A stretch of DNA of 64,000 bases from Zootoca vivipara (taxonomy: Eukaryota). The DNA is taken from NCBI RefSeq assembly GCF_963506605.1, contig NC_083278.1, positions 19,530,001 through 19,594,000 on the forward strand. The letters run 5' to 3'. Below, in pieces: positions 48,542 through 61,277 of the stretch (the stretch's first letter is position 1; each line of letters begins with the position of its first letter). The position numbers were made by a program, and so were the translations under genes. Below the pieces are notes generated by a model. The model had not been told where the DNA came from and searched no databases. It saw nothing but the letters and a program-made list of their open reading frames with translations.

Positions 48542-49560
48542 GTATTATTACACATCTTGTTGGATTGTGAGGCGTACTGTTTTTACACTCGGAAATGGAA
48601 GTCCTCTTAGCTGGATAAGACTTCTGCAGTAGACCAAGTTTCTTGTGCAGCTGCTGCTGGTGTGTGTGTGTAGCAGTTTCTTAGCAAGCAGTCTCAAACG
48701 CCCTGCTTGACACCCTCGGCAGTACTCACTTCCCCGTTTTATAGCTGGATATCAATCACGGCATGAGAAGTCAGTGACTGGTAAATGTCACCTGCTACTT
48801 CTCAAACAGTGTAAATTTTACCGTCTGTGCTGTGTTTCGTCACATTAATCCCAACCACCCCCTGATCAAAACCTGGATAGAGGATTAGAGCCAAGAGTGA
48901 GCGGTTTCATTATGGTGCATGCCTAGTTTAGTAACACAAATTAAAGAAGAGATGTTGTTCTAATTAGTATTAGTGCACTGGAAATACTTTGGCCTCTGCA
49001 TTTTATTCATGTGGCCTTTATTGTCTGAAGACAGTTCAAGCATTTGCTCCCCCCTGCCCATCCCCAGGAGCTGCCAACGAAAGATAGAAAGAGCATCTGC
49101 TGAGGAATCAAAGCAAATGGAAAGCGATTTCCAAATTCCAGGGGTTTTAAGTTTGATAACCTCTGCCTACTTCCAGCAGTAAGCTTGACTTCTTTTCTGG
49201 AGCAGCAGAAAATGCCTTTGATAATACAAACATTAAACAGGATGAGAACTCATCCAAGGAAGCACAGCTACCGTAGCTGCTCCTTTCATAAAAACACCCT
49301 TGTATAGGTTTACAAAATAAGGGCTGTTGAGGCGCTCTTGAGACTTACTAAGAAGCCCAATGCAGAGGATTATGTACTATGTATAGTGCTGATCTCAATT
49401 TCAATGGGTTGCTAGGACCACTCTCCATTTACTGGCAGGAGTCAGCTTTTGTTATACTTCCAGGGTGGCGCAGGTCTTTTAGCTGTCCAGGAAGGAGTAG
49501 CTTCAGTTCTGAATTTTCTTCTGCCTCCTACACTGTCTTACGCTCACTCAAGACCAGATA

Positions 49561-49763
49561 CAGTGGTACCTTGGAAGTTGAACGGAATCCGTTCCGGAAG
49601 TCCGTTCGACTTCCAAAACTTTCGGAAACCCAAGGGCGGCTTCTGATTGGCTGCAGGAAGCTCCTGCAGCCAATCGGAAGCTGCAGAAGTCCCGTCAGAC
49701 ATTCGGCTTCCAAAAATAGTTCGCAAACCAGAACTAAGCTGTTCCAAAACCAAGGCACGACTG
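49561..49763. mobile_element. Tc1/mariner (Tigger-like) MITE
   Basis: TA|CAGTGGTACCTTGG ... CCAAGGCACGACTG|TA; internal palindrome GATTGGCTGCAGG/CCTGCAGCCAATC. Confidence 0.85.
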
Positions 49764-52700
49764 TACTAGAAAGCAATAGACTTGACCTGTGTGCCCTTAA
49801 ACTCCAAGAAAGGGGCTTCCACAAAATCTATTGTAGAACAAGCAGTATAGTGGAAACCTATGTAGTGTTTCAATACATCTAGCACATTTAAAACTCTAAA
49901 ATCTTTTTAAAACTGAGCCCACAGTACTAAGCAGATAGCTCCTTGTGAATACGAGTGATGGGGACCACCAACAGTGGCTCCTCCAAAGACCTCAGAGATC
50001 AAGCGGGTATGTAAGGGATCAGGCAGTCCCTTGAGTTATCCTGGATCCAAGTCATTAAGGGCCTTGCAAATTAATAAAAGAACATTGAACCTGGAGTGGG
50101 CTTTCCAGATGCACCATGGCTGTCAAACATAATCTTCTGGTTCAAACTGTTCTGTTCTCATGACAGAAAAATGTTTGGCTTAATCAATAATGCCCCCAGA
50201 TTAATGGTGCAATAGAAAGCTGGAACACTACCCTCTTAGATGGCATTTCTTTCAACGGAGGCAAAATCAGCTTTTGTGCTTTTAATTAGTACTGGTTGAG
50301 CACTTTTAGTTGAATTATGTATTTGATGAATATAATAATGCTGTTGCCTATCATGTAAATTATTCAGGAAGATTATTTTTCTAGGTCTTTGAATAATGGA
50401 ATTATTCATAGTGAAGGTGTTGTGCGTTCCACTTGTCTTGTCACTTGCCAATGAGTTTAGCACTGGAAGAATCCAATATTTTAACTGATAATATTACAAG
50501 TTTCTAGTACTCACTGAAACAAGAAGAAACAAGAAATGTTTGGATAGTATCTGAAGAATGCTGGAAAAAAACAGAAGTAGGTTAGAAAGAAATCAGTGGT
50601 CTGTGTTTTGGGCTTCCAGTTCTCCGTACAGCTCCATGTATTTTCCATGCAAGTAGCCCTAGCTCACATAACTCCACTTACTAACTTGAGTGAATCTCTT
50701 TCAGCAACTTCCCTCTTTCTCTGCTGCTAATCCTTGCAAAACAAAACACTAAATTCTCATAAAGCCATATTTTTTGGAAGCAGGATAACTTGCAGAGTTA
50801 GCAGATATATGCAGATTTACTTAATTAGCATATCTGGGCATAGAATGTTAGTTTCCTGAGTACACAGAGTGCTGTTCAGAGTCCTCCCCCCCCCAATGTG
50901 TTGTAGAATAAATAATTTTATTCTGTTCCCAGCCAGATTCGTTCTTATTTTAAAGCATGGGGCAGGTTTTTCTTCTTCTGAAGGGCACATTTAGATGACA
51001 GAGGAATTTGAGGAAAATGTTAATGTTTTAAAAATGCAAAAATACAGTTACTCTGCACCACCCCACCCTGTCACTCATTTAGTGCTTTGTTGTTGCGTCT
51101 GAAGTGTCCAGGAACTAGACTAATGGATATTGTGGAGCTTGCCTGTAGGTGTATACCAGGTTAAATTAATCTGTTTTCGTAGTTAAAACGTATGCCTTTC
51201 TTTGGGGAGTTAATAACATTGCCAGCAAATTGTGTGAAGAATTGTTCGGAGAGTAATGGAAAGGAAATGGAATTAAATTTCTGGTGACATAGAAATATGG
51301 TGGAAGAGGTAGTGGCCTGCGACACGATGGACCTTTATATATTGGTTTGGGGGCAGGTGACGAAAAAAGAAAGAAAAAAAAAGCCCCAGTCATGGCGTTG
51401 GATCTTAGTCCTTCCTTTTACTTATGGTGCAAGTCTTGCTAATAAATGCTTCAAAATTCCTTCTTGTACGTTTGGATCAAATTCATTCAAATCAGCAGCT
51501 AGCTGAAAGAAAAACAAATTCGTGGATTCTTTTATTTAAAAAGGGGAAACGAGACTCTTGCCATTACAAATTTAATTTCCTATATTAATCTGCCAGTTAG
51601 TAGAATTAAAGCGTAATTTAAAGGTTTAGAGGTTCTTTGCGAAGTATGAAATAAGCCAGAGGCATAGCGGCGGCTTGAAGACTTGAATGATTGCCAATCC
51701 GCCTGGGCTTCAGCCCATTAGGGTCATCAGTCTCGCCAAAATGAAGAAGGTGTTGATGTTAGACATTTGTCCAAGGACTTCTTCTTTTTTCCAAAAAACA
51801 ACAACAACCCTGGTGTACTGGAATTCCTTCTAATCTCTTCTATTTCTTGCCTTGGGAAGGGTGTGTGTGTGTGATGTGTGCTTACTGTCGCTGACTTCCT
51901 TGCTTGGCTTTTTTTCTGGGGGGGAAACATACTTTGGCAAGCCAACTAACTCAGCGGTATCTTCTCTTTATTAGTCTGGAAGATCTTTCAATGGTAGATT
52001 TAATTTAAGGCAAGCTAAATCACATCTAGACAAATATATCTGTTATGGAAATGCATTTAATGAATTCCTCGGGCACTAAATAACTGCTTTGATGTAGCAT
52101 ACTAATATAAAAAAGCAGTATTTGTATAACTCTCAGAGTAATAGCAATAATAAAATTAAAAATGAAGCCATGGATAGAAATTTGCATGTGCATTCTGGCA
52201 AACATGATTACTCTTATTGCAGATGTGACTATGAGAGCAGGAACAGTAAGCATGCAAGTTCCTGAAAACAAGGTGCAATTTTCCAACCTGAGCACAAAGC
52301 ATCATGAAAGAATCATTTCCACCCAAAGGCAGCAGAGTAATTTTGATGTCAACCCTTTCTGTTTGCTTTATTCAATGTTGTTAACAGTTCTGTTTTGCAG
52401 AGGATCTTTTCTCTTAGAATTAACGTTGAAATATTGTGATAATGGTGAATTCAAAAATTTAGAGCAATTAAGAGCAAATACTAAAGTCTTCTGATGAACG
52501 TTAATACGCCTGGTGTTCAGCATTTTGCACAAAGACCTACAAATGCATTTACCGGTAGTTGGAAATTAGTATTGTCAGTAGTTATAGAATTGTGTAGGTG
52601 TGTTTCTGAAGTCGAGGAAGTGTGTTAAGTGCCTCAGATTAAATGTTTGGCCTTGCACTCATTTATGCATGCTTACAACATTGATCAGCCTTAAGTGTGT

Positions 52701-52808
52701 TTATTAGTTAATGTTCCAAGAAAGCCAGCAGAATTTGTTATGAATAACTGAGGCCTATAATGAAATACTGAGGTGTTGAGTAAAGCTGTTCAGCCACTGC
52801 TTCCTCTG

Positions 52809-52813
<5 letters not shown>

Positions 52814-52855
<42 letters not shown>
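52814..52855 (+). repeat. (AC)n microsatellite
   Basis: Direct reading. Confidence 0.95.
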
Positions 52856-52856
<1 letters not shown>

Positions 52857-53807
52857 AACTACCACTACCCAACCAGATGGGCGGGATATAAATAATAAAA
52901 TAATAACAAGAATTATTAGTTAACATTCCATACCTTAGGTCCGATTGCTTTGGGGTCTCCCCCTCGACTTGTTTCCGGATTTATTTATATTTATTTTAAA
53001 AAATTACATCCCACTTTTTGCCACATCTGCATCTCAAACATGCTTACATTTTTTTTAAAAAAAACAAATAAATACCATATACAGAATTTAAAGCATAAAT
53101 TAAAAACCAGTGATGAAAACATCAGGACAGCATTCATAGGAACATAGGATGATCTAGCTCAGTTTATTCTACATGGAATCACAGTGGCTTTCTAGGTTTT
53201 CAGGTGGTGATTTTTTTTTTCTACCCGTTACTGGAAGCACCAGGAATTGAACTTGGGACCCAGTGCATGCATAGTAAAACATCTGCTTTATCATGTGAAG
53301 CAGATGTTCTACTATGCTATGGCCCTTCTCCTAAAAGATCATTCATTTTAACTAGGAACCTGAAACTTAGTAGGACGGTGCTTGCCCAATTTGCAGCTCC
53401 CCCATGTCTGCTGATACCCCTCTCTTACGCATGGGTTGGTGCTATATTGGGAACATAAGCAAAGGTGCTCAACAGAATGAACTATGGAAATCAAGAGAAT
53501 GATAAGGGCTTTCATGATTTCTGAACATAAACTGAAGTTGTGATGCATACATAAAGCGCAATGTGAAATGGATCCCTGAGGAAATTGCTTATCAGTTATT
53601 CCACATGAAAACAATTCCCTGCACGTAAATACATTAGTATAATAGGAAAAAGTACTTATTAATCAATTAATTTTTTATAACGCCCTATCATCCGAGGATC
53701 ACAGGGTGGTTTGCAATATAAAAACACAAAATGCATAGCATAGTAACAAACAAAAACAATACCCCCTTTATAACCTGCCTCCTTAAGAGATTTATCTTCT
53801 CTGCAAT

Positions 53808-56800
53808 TTTGTTGTTGTTGTTTAGTCGTTTAGTCGTGTCCGACTCTTCGTGACCCCATGGACCATAGCACGCCAGGCACTCCTGTCTTGCACTGCCTCC
53901 CGCAGTTTGGTCAAACTCATGTTTGTAGCTTCGAGAACACTGTCCAACCATCTCGTCCTCTGTCGTCCCCTTCTCCTAGTGCCCTCAATCTTTCCCAACA
54001 TCAGGGTCTTTTCCAAGGATTCTTCTCTTCTCATGAGGTGGCCAAAGTATTGGAGCCTCAGCTTCACGATCTGTCCTTCCAGGGAGCACTCAGGGCTGAT
54101 TTCCTGAAGAATGGATAGGTTTGATCTTCTTGCAGTCCACGGGACTCTCAAGAGTCTCCTCCAGCACCATAATTCAAAAGCATCAATTCTTCGGCGATCA
54201 GCCTTCTTTATGGTCCAGCTCTCACTTCCATACATCACTACTGGGAAAACCATAGCTTTAACTATACGGACCTTTGTCGGCAAGGTGATGTCTCTGCTTT
54301 TTAAGATGCTGTCTAGGTTTGTCATTGCTTTTCTCCCAAGAAGCAGGCGTCTTTTAATTTCGTGACTGCTGTCACCATCTGCAGTGATCAAGGAGCCCAA
54401 GAAGGTGAAATCTCTCACTGCCTCCATTTCTTCCCCTTCTATTTGCCAGGAGGTGATGGGACCAGTGGCCATGATCTTGGTTTTTTTGATGTTGAGCTTC
54501 AGACCATATTTTGCGCTCTCCTCTTTCACCCTCATTAAAAGGTTCTTTAATTCCTCCTCGCTTTCTGCCATCAAGGTTGTGTCATCTGCATATCTGAGGT
54601 TGTTGATATTTCTTCCGGCAATCTTAATTCCGGCTTGGGATTCATCTAGTCCAGCCTTTCGCATGATGAATTCTGCATATAAGTTAAATAAGCAGGGAGA
54701 CAATATACAACCTTGTCGTACTCCTTTCCCAATTTTGAACCACTCAGTTGTTCCATATCCAGTTCTGACTGTAGCTTCTTGTCCCACATAGAGATTTCTC
54801 AGGAGACAGATGAGGTGATCAGGCACTCCCATTTCTTTAAGAACTTGCCATAGTTTGCTGTGGTCGACACAGTCAAAGGCTTTTGCATAGTCAATGAAGC
54901 AGAAGTAGACGTTTTTCTGGAACTCTCTAGCTTTCTCCATAATCCAGCGCATGTTTGCTATTTGGTCTCTGGTTCCTCTGCCTTTTCGAAATCCAGCTTG
55001 CACTTCTGGGAGTTCTCGGTCCACATACTGCTTAAGCCTGCCTTGTAGAATTTTAAGCATAACCTTGCTAGCGTGTGAAATGAGCGCAATTGTGCGGTAG
55101 TTGGAGCATTCTTTGGCACTGCCCTTCTTTGGAATTGGGATGTAGACTGATCTTCTCCAATCCTTTGGCCATTGCTGAGTTTTCCAAACTTGCTGGCATA
55201 TTGGGTGTAGCACCTTAACAGCATCATCTTTTAAAATTTTAAATAGTTCAGCTGGAATATCATCACTTCCACTGGCCTTGTTATTAGCAGTGCTTTCTAA
55301 GGCCCATTTGACTTCACTCTCCAAGATGTCTGGCTCAAGGTCAGCAACCACACTATCTGGGGTGTACGAGACCTCCATATCTTTCTGGTATAATTCCTCT
55401 GTGTATTCTTGCCACCTCTTCTTGATGTCTTCTGCTTCTGTTAGGTCCTTACCACTTTTGTCCTTGATTATGGTAATCTTTGTACGAAATGTTCCTTTCA
55501 TGTCTCCAATTTTCTTGAACAGATCTCTGGTTTTCCCCATTCTATTGTTTTCCTCTATTTCTTTGCATTGCTCATTTAAGAAGACCCTCTTGTCTCTCCT
55601 TGCTGTTTTTTGGAAATCTGCATTCAGTTTCCTGTATCTTTCCCTATCTCCCTTGCATTTTGCTTGCCTCCTCTCCTCCGCTATTTGTAAGGCCTCGTTG
55701 GACAGCCATTTTGCTTTCTTGCATTTCCTTTTCCTTGGGATGGTTTTCGTTGCTGCCTCCTGTATAATGTTACGAGCCTCCATCCATAGTTCTTCAGGCA
55801 CTCTGTCCACCAAATCTAAATCCTTAAACCTGTTCCTCACTTCCACTGTGTATTCATAAGGGATTTGATTCAGATTGTATCTTACTGGCCCAGTGGTTTT
55901 TCCTACTTTCTTCAGTTTAAGCTGGAATTTTGCTATAAGAAGCTGATGATCTGAGTTACAGTCAGCTCCAGGTCTTGTTTTTGCTGACTGTATAGAGCTT
56001 CTCCATCTTTGGCTGCAGAGAATATAATCAATCTGATTTCGATGCTGCCCATTTGGTGATATCCATGTGTAGAGTCGTCTCTTGTGTTGTTGGAAGAGAG
56101 TGTTTGTGATGACCAGCTTGTTCTCTTGACAGAACTCTATTAGCCTTTGCCCTGCTTCATTTTGAACTCCAAGGCCAAACTTGCCAGTTGTTCCTTTTAT
56201 CTCTTGATTCCCTACTTTAGCATTCCAGTCCCCTGTAATGAGAAGAACATCCTTCTTCGGTGTCATTTCTAGAAGGTGTTGTAGGTCTTCATAGAATTGG
56301 TCAATTTCACTTTCTTCAGCTCCGGTAGTTGGTGCATAAACTTGGATTACTGTGATGTTAAAAGGTCTGCCTTGGATTCGTATCGAGATCATTCTGTCAT
56401 TTTTGAGATTGCATCCCATTACAGCTTTTGCCACTCTTTTGTTGACTATGAGGGCCACTCCATTTCTACTACGGGATTCTTGCCCACAGTAGTAGATATG
56501 ATAGTCACCCGAACTGAATTCGCCCATTCCCTTCCATTTTAGTTCACTGATGCCCAGGATGTCGATATTTATTCTTGTCATCTCATTTTTGACCACATCC
56601 AGCTTACCTCCACTCATGGTTCTTACATTCCAGGTTCCTATGCAATATTTTTCTTTACAGCATCGGACTTTCCTTTCGCTTCGAGGCATATCCGCAACTG
56701 AGCGTCCTTTCGGCTTTGGCCCAGCCGCTTCATCAGCTCTGAATCTACTTGTACTTGTCCTCCGCTCTTCCTCAGTAGCATGTTGGACGCCTTCCGACCT

Positions 56801-57029
56801 GAGGGGCTCATCTTCCAGCGTCATAACTTTTATATGCCTGTTGTCTTTGTCCATGGAGTTTTCTTGGCAGGGATACTGGAGTGGCTTGCCAGTTCCTTCT
56901 CCAGGTGGATCACGTTTAGTCAAAACTCTCCACTATGACCTGTCCATCTTGGGTGGCCCTGCATGGCATAGCTCATAGCTTCTCTGAGTTATTCAAGCCC
57001 CTTCGCCACGACAAGGCATTGATCCATGC
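53808..57029 (-). mobile_element. Full-length BovB (RTE clade) LINE, ~3.2 kb
   Basis: Perfect 12-bp TSD CTTCTCTGCAAT at 53796-53807 and 57030-57041; RTE-type leader CCTTGTCGTGGCGAAGGGGCTTG; single ORF; (CAA)n tail. Confidence 0.97.
53822..56923 (-). CDS. BovB ORF: AP endonuclease plus reverse transcriptase (1033 codons open; first ATG at 56854)
   Basis: APE motifs GTWNVR, DILGISE, QVYAPT, GDWNA, IDYIL, SDH; RT motifs NYRTIAL, QAGFR, FIDYAKAFD, GVRQGCILSP, YADD; no stops or frameshifts. Confidence 0.97.
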   Translation of the reverse strand: MTKRDPPGEGTGKPLQYPCQENSMDKDNRHIKVMTLEDEPLRSEGVQHATEEERRTSTSRFRADEAAGPKPKGRSVADMPRSERKVRCCKEKYCIGTWNVRTMSGGKLDVVKNEMTRINIDILGISELKWKGMGEFSSGDYHIYYCGQESRSRNGVALIVNKRVAKAVMGCNLKNDRMISIRIQGRPFNITVIQVYAPTTGAEESEIDQFYEDLQHLLEMTPKKDVLLITGDWNAKVGNQEIKGTTGKFGLGVQNEAGQRLIEFCQENKLVITNTLFQQHKRRLYTWISPNGQHRNQIDYILCSQRWRSSIQSAKTRPGADCNSDHQLLIAKFQLKLKKVGKTTGPVRYNLNQIPYEYTVEVRNRFKDLDLVDRVPEELWMEARNIIQEAATKTIPRKRKCKKAKWLSNEALQIAEERRQAKCKGDRERYRKLNADFQKTARRDKRVFLNEQCKEIEENNRMGKTRDLFKKIGDMKGTFRTKITIIKDKSGKDLTEAEDIKKRWQEYTEELYQKDMEVSYTPDSVVADLEPDILESEVKWALESTANNKASGSDDIPAELFKILKDDAVKVLHPICQQVWKTQQWPKDWRRSVYIPIPKKGSAKECSNYRTIALISHASKVMLKILQGRLKQYVDRELPEVQAGFRKGRGTRDQIANMRWIMEKAREFQKNVYFCFIDYAKAFDCVDHSKLWQVLKEMGVPDHLICLLRNLYVGQEATVRTGYGTTEWFKIGKGVRQGCILSPCLFNLYAEFIMRKAGLDESQAGIKIAGRNINNLRYADDTTLMAESEEELKNLLMRVKEESAKYGLKLNIKKTKIMATGPITSWQIEGEEMEAVRDFTFLGSLITADGDSSHEIKRRLLLGRKAMTNLDSILKSRDITLPTKVRIVKAMVFPVVMYGSESWTIKKADRRRIDAFELWCWRRLLRVPWTARRSNLSILQEISPECSLEGQIVKLRLQYFGHLMRREESLEKTLMLGKIEGTRRRGRQRTRWLDSVLEATNMSLTKLREAVQDRSAWRAMVHGVTKSRTRLND

Positions 57030-57259
57030 CTTCTCTGCAATAGGAGCATTTAAATAAGCTGTCTACGAGATGCACCTATGGTCTGAGACAGTATATTCCC
57101 AGAAAGGTTACACCACGTGATGCTATGGCGTGTGTGATTGGCTTTAGACTCAATTCACATAAAGCATTTGAATGGAAACATATCAAATCCAGCATATTTA
57201 TTAATTAATAACTGAATGTTTATAGCTGCCCCATACCATAAGAATCATTGCCACCATAG

Positions 57260-57435
57260 TCTGCTGCTCTTCCTCCAGTGAGCTCAAGGCAGCATACACA
57301 AAACAACCCTGTAAAAGGAGACTGAGAGATGGTGACAGGAGGGAGTCTGCATCATGCCTGGCAAAATTTGAACCCAAGTCTCCAATGAACCCAAGACCCC
57401 AAGTCCTAGTCCAACATTCCAACCACAGCGCCACA
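57260..57435 (-). mobile_element. CORE/MIR-derived SINE (Squam3-like), diverged
   Basis: Minus strand starts TGTGGCGCTGTGGTTGGAATGTTGGACTAGGAC; contains ACAGGGTTGTT. Confidence 0.55.
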
Positions 57436-57970
57436 TGTGTTGAGGGTAGTCAGAGAGGGGGAGGGTTCATTGCAACAGAGTGTCTACAAATTTTCCTTAA
57501 TAGTTGGTGGGGAAATTGTCAATCACATTTCTTGTTTTGTCCCCACCTCCTTTAAGCCAGAGGAAGAGGGGGGCAAGCAAGGTATGTGAGGAAAAGCAAT
57601 ACAAGTACTTGTGGGGAGAGACTACAGTTTTGAGTCAGACACAGCTGGAGAGACAAGGAAACAGCAGGCTCTGGGAAATACCTTTTTTTTTGGGGGGGGG
57701 GTCTGCTTCTCTCTGGAAATCTAATGGGGGCAGTGCATTTGTCTGCTCAGCTATCCCCTAACCTGTATATTTAGTTGATTGTGGCTGATTACTGCTGTAC
57801 TGTTGCCTTGCATTTGGGGTATTTCCATCTCCTAGCAGCCAATTTCTGTTATTAAATTAGTAGCATTACCAGTCAGACACACAGTGAAGCAATTTACGGA
57901 TCGGAAACATCTCCTAACAAACTTAAGAATGCATAGTAGCAAATACCTTACCTTACAGTATCAAATTCTT

Positions 57971-58285
57971 AAAGGTAAAGGTAAAAGGACCCCTGACCGT
58001 TAGGTCCAGTCGCAGACGACTCTGGGGTTGTGGCACTCATCTTGCTTTACTGGCCGAGGGAGCCGGCGTACAGCTTCTGGGTCATGTAGCCGGCATGACT
58101 AAGCCGCTTCTGGTGAACCAGAGCAGGGCACAGAAATGCCGTTTACCTTCCCGCCGGAGCGGTACCTATTTATCTACTTGCATTTTGATGTGCTTTCGAA
58201 CTGCAAGGTTGGCAGGAGCAGGAGCAGGGACCGAGCTCACCCCGTCGCGGGGATTCGAACCGCTGACCTGATCGGCAAGCCCTAG
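57971..58285 (-). mobile_element. Sauria SINE, 5'-truncated
   Basis: AAAGGTAAAGGTAAA tail; body homologous to 2705-3058; box B present. Confidence 0.9.
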
Positions 58286-59207
58286 ATTGCCTGTCGTTGG
58301 AAAATTACAGGTCTGTCACCTCTGTGTTGTTGGAGCCAGCTGATTTTGTTAGTCAAGGGCCTTAGGAAACTAGAAACTTTGCTCACACAGTTTTTTCTTT
58401 TTGAAGTCTTTAGACAGGTTGTCATCAAAGCATGCATCCTTTTAAACCAATTTACAGTAGTTACCATTGAAGATGGAAGCCATTCTTGTTCATTTGTGTA
58501 AACCCCAAGGACAAATATATATTAATATATGCACACACAAAAAACAACCCACCTGCCTCTGTTGGTGTTTTTGATTCCATTTTGACACTGTTTGCTAAAA
58601 ATAAAAACATGGAAACAAACTTTTCAGCAGTTCTAGGCTTTGCGAGAACTTTGCTTCACAACTCTGAGGTCATTGAGTGTTACTTCATCAGGGACATTTC
58701 TTGCTGAATAAAGGTTTGTGGTTTGGGGAGCTAGTTCAGTTCTGCCTAGCTTGTGAGAGGTGCAGTGCTCCATCTTGCATGTAATAATGTAGTTTAATTC
58801 CTACACTCTTGGTTTAACAGGACCAAATATAATAATGTTGTGTACACCCCAGTCTCCAAGCAGCAAGAGATTCCTGGGATTCCAGATGTATATACCAGGT
58901 GAATATACTTGGAATGAAGGTCTATGGAGACTGTGGTGTCTTTACGATATATGTTTATATTTACACATATATACAACCTGAGCACAGGAAGGAAGGGGTC
59001 AGAGCATTAGTACTCCAACATATCTTGCTTCCCAGTTAGGTTTCCAGGGAAGCCCCCACCCCAACCCAACCCATAGCTTTGGGATTCAGCCCATGCAGAA
59101 AAGTCAAAACTGCCTGAATTCAGTCACAACAGTAGCATCCCCTGGCCTATTTTCCTCTTTCCTAGGATGATGTAGCATCCAGCCAGGTGAATGGCGGACA
59201 CTTAGTT

Positions 59208-59221
59208 GTTGCTATGGCAAC
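59208..59221. promoter_or_regulatory. Candidate RFX X-box
   Basis: Near-palindrome GTTGCTATGGCAAC matches the X-box consensus; inverted CCAAT box ~80 bp downstream. Confidence 0.3.
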
Positions 59222-61277
59222 ATGCCCCACTCTTTCAGTCATGCAAAAATATGGTGCTCAGCTAAGCGCTATGGCCATTAGCGTAACATAAACTGGTCTG
59301 ATTGGTTTAGTAGCAGCTTCTACTAGATTCTAAACCTCACAGATACTGAATCAGTGGCCTGGAAGGGATTCGTGGATATCATGCAGACAGACCCCCACCC
59401 CCCTGCTCTGAAAGCCTTGTATCACTATATATTCTTAAAATTCTTTCTTTGAATAATACTTTCCCCCCAAAAGGTAGCTGCTTGTGTTCCTATATTGTGT
59501 TCCTACCAATAACTGGAGCTCGTAAGCACTTATATAATATAGATATTTTCTTTTGAATCTTACATATAATTAGAGTATCTTGATGAATTTGTATTTTTGA
59601 CATTGTATGTCGTGTCCTTGACATACTTACTGTTCTTGGAATAATTCATGTGAAATGTATCTCAACTATGAATCAGTAAATACATTTTTTTCTAATTCTA
59701 AGCCCATTCACGCTTTGTAGGTAGGGTGTCTTAAACTATATCTGATTAACTTCCTGTTTCCACCTAGAAAATGTCATATTAAGGAGAGGAGTTTAAGGCG
59801 GTTGGGGGGGAATGAAAAATGAAACAGATGAAAGAATGGAGGGAAAGTAATACTGATGAGAATGGAGGAAAGTCTAGAGAGGGAAAATAACAAAATGTTA
59901 TGATGTTAACAAAGAGCAGTGTGCTTATTCATAACAGGATTCACATGGTTTATAGCTCAAATCGGTGAAGTAAATTGATATGTGGAAGCGCGTGATACTT
60001 ACACATAAGAAAAATGGTTATAAACCAAACTATGCACAATCTCAAAATTCACATAATAACCTAAATAACCTAAATTGTTTTGCTTGTTTCAATAATCAGA
60101 CATGTTTATGGAACATTCATCCTTCCTAATTAACATCTCAAATTAACAAGTGAAATGCTGATTTATAACATGCAGGTATCTCTACTATCCTATTGAAAAC
60201 CTTTATAAGATGCAAGATATATGGCACGACATCTGGAAATGGTTATTCAGTAGATGAAATAACAAAATCATGAAACTGAATCACCAAGACTGAAAGCTAT
60301 TCCTTGGACCTTTGCACTCAGTAATAGTATGACCATATGAGATTATTTGCTCCTCAGCAATTTTGCTGCTTTTAGTCTGTCATGTGAAAGACCTGGGCCA
60401 GACATCTGAAATGGAAGCAGTTCTTAATGTGCTTTTTTTAATGGAGATTGTGCTCTTTTGTGCACTCATTGTTGCAGAGAGAGGACTACTTTGCCTTGTA
60501 AAATATCACAGATTATTTCTATTGTCAATGAAAATTACAGGCTGAGCTTCAACTGAAAATGAAGGTTTGTCTTCTGGGCAAAACTGGACACAAGTTATCT
60601 CGTACCTGCCATTGGGTGGATTTGCTCTGTAACACCTTTCACTCATTAGTTGTGCAGGTGGGAACAAACACCTGAGCATTACTCCTTTCTCAAACTGATA
60701 GCTTAGAAACAAAAATCTCTTTCTCTAGTAAGTGGAGGGGCACTCTTGCACTATTGAGTAGCAAAAGTGGGATAGAGCAGCAGCCACCCAGAACATTTAT
60801 GGTATAAAAGAATTTCAGGCAGTAAAAGTTTTGGGATGAAGCAATTAAGTCTATCCTTTTTAATATATATATATTTATATTTTATTGAAAATATTTAAAT
60901 TGAACAAAATAAAATGAAAAAATATAAAAAGAAACAAAAAGTGCCCTAATAAAAATATGAAAAATAGCACTATAATTCCTTATATAGTTGTCTAATGCAA
61001 AGGTATATAAGTAAAATTATTTTTATTATACATATACATTTACTTATAACTCACTATATTTTAAATGAATACATTCAAAACCCGAGGGAGCACTATATGC
61101 AAGGCATGTGTGTTGTAGATGATTCCACAATTGAATGAGACTTACTCCCAGTTAAGGGCGGTTAGGATTGCAGCCTTAATTGTGAAAAGAATAGCTTTTT
61201 TTGTAGTTCCTTTTTCATACTACTAAACAAAGCAATGTTATAGGTAGTCTAAAAGACAGTGGAAGTACAAATTACGA

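Noticed and set aside
49068-49179. AG...GTAAGC-bounded candidate exon (SCQRKIERASAEESKQMESDFQIPG...)
   Set aside because: Not recognised as any known protein; needs RNA-seq or conservation data
53850-56978. Multiple plus-strand ORFs up to 193 aa
   Set aside because: Antisense shadows of the BovB ORF with no independent coding signal
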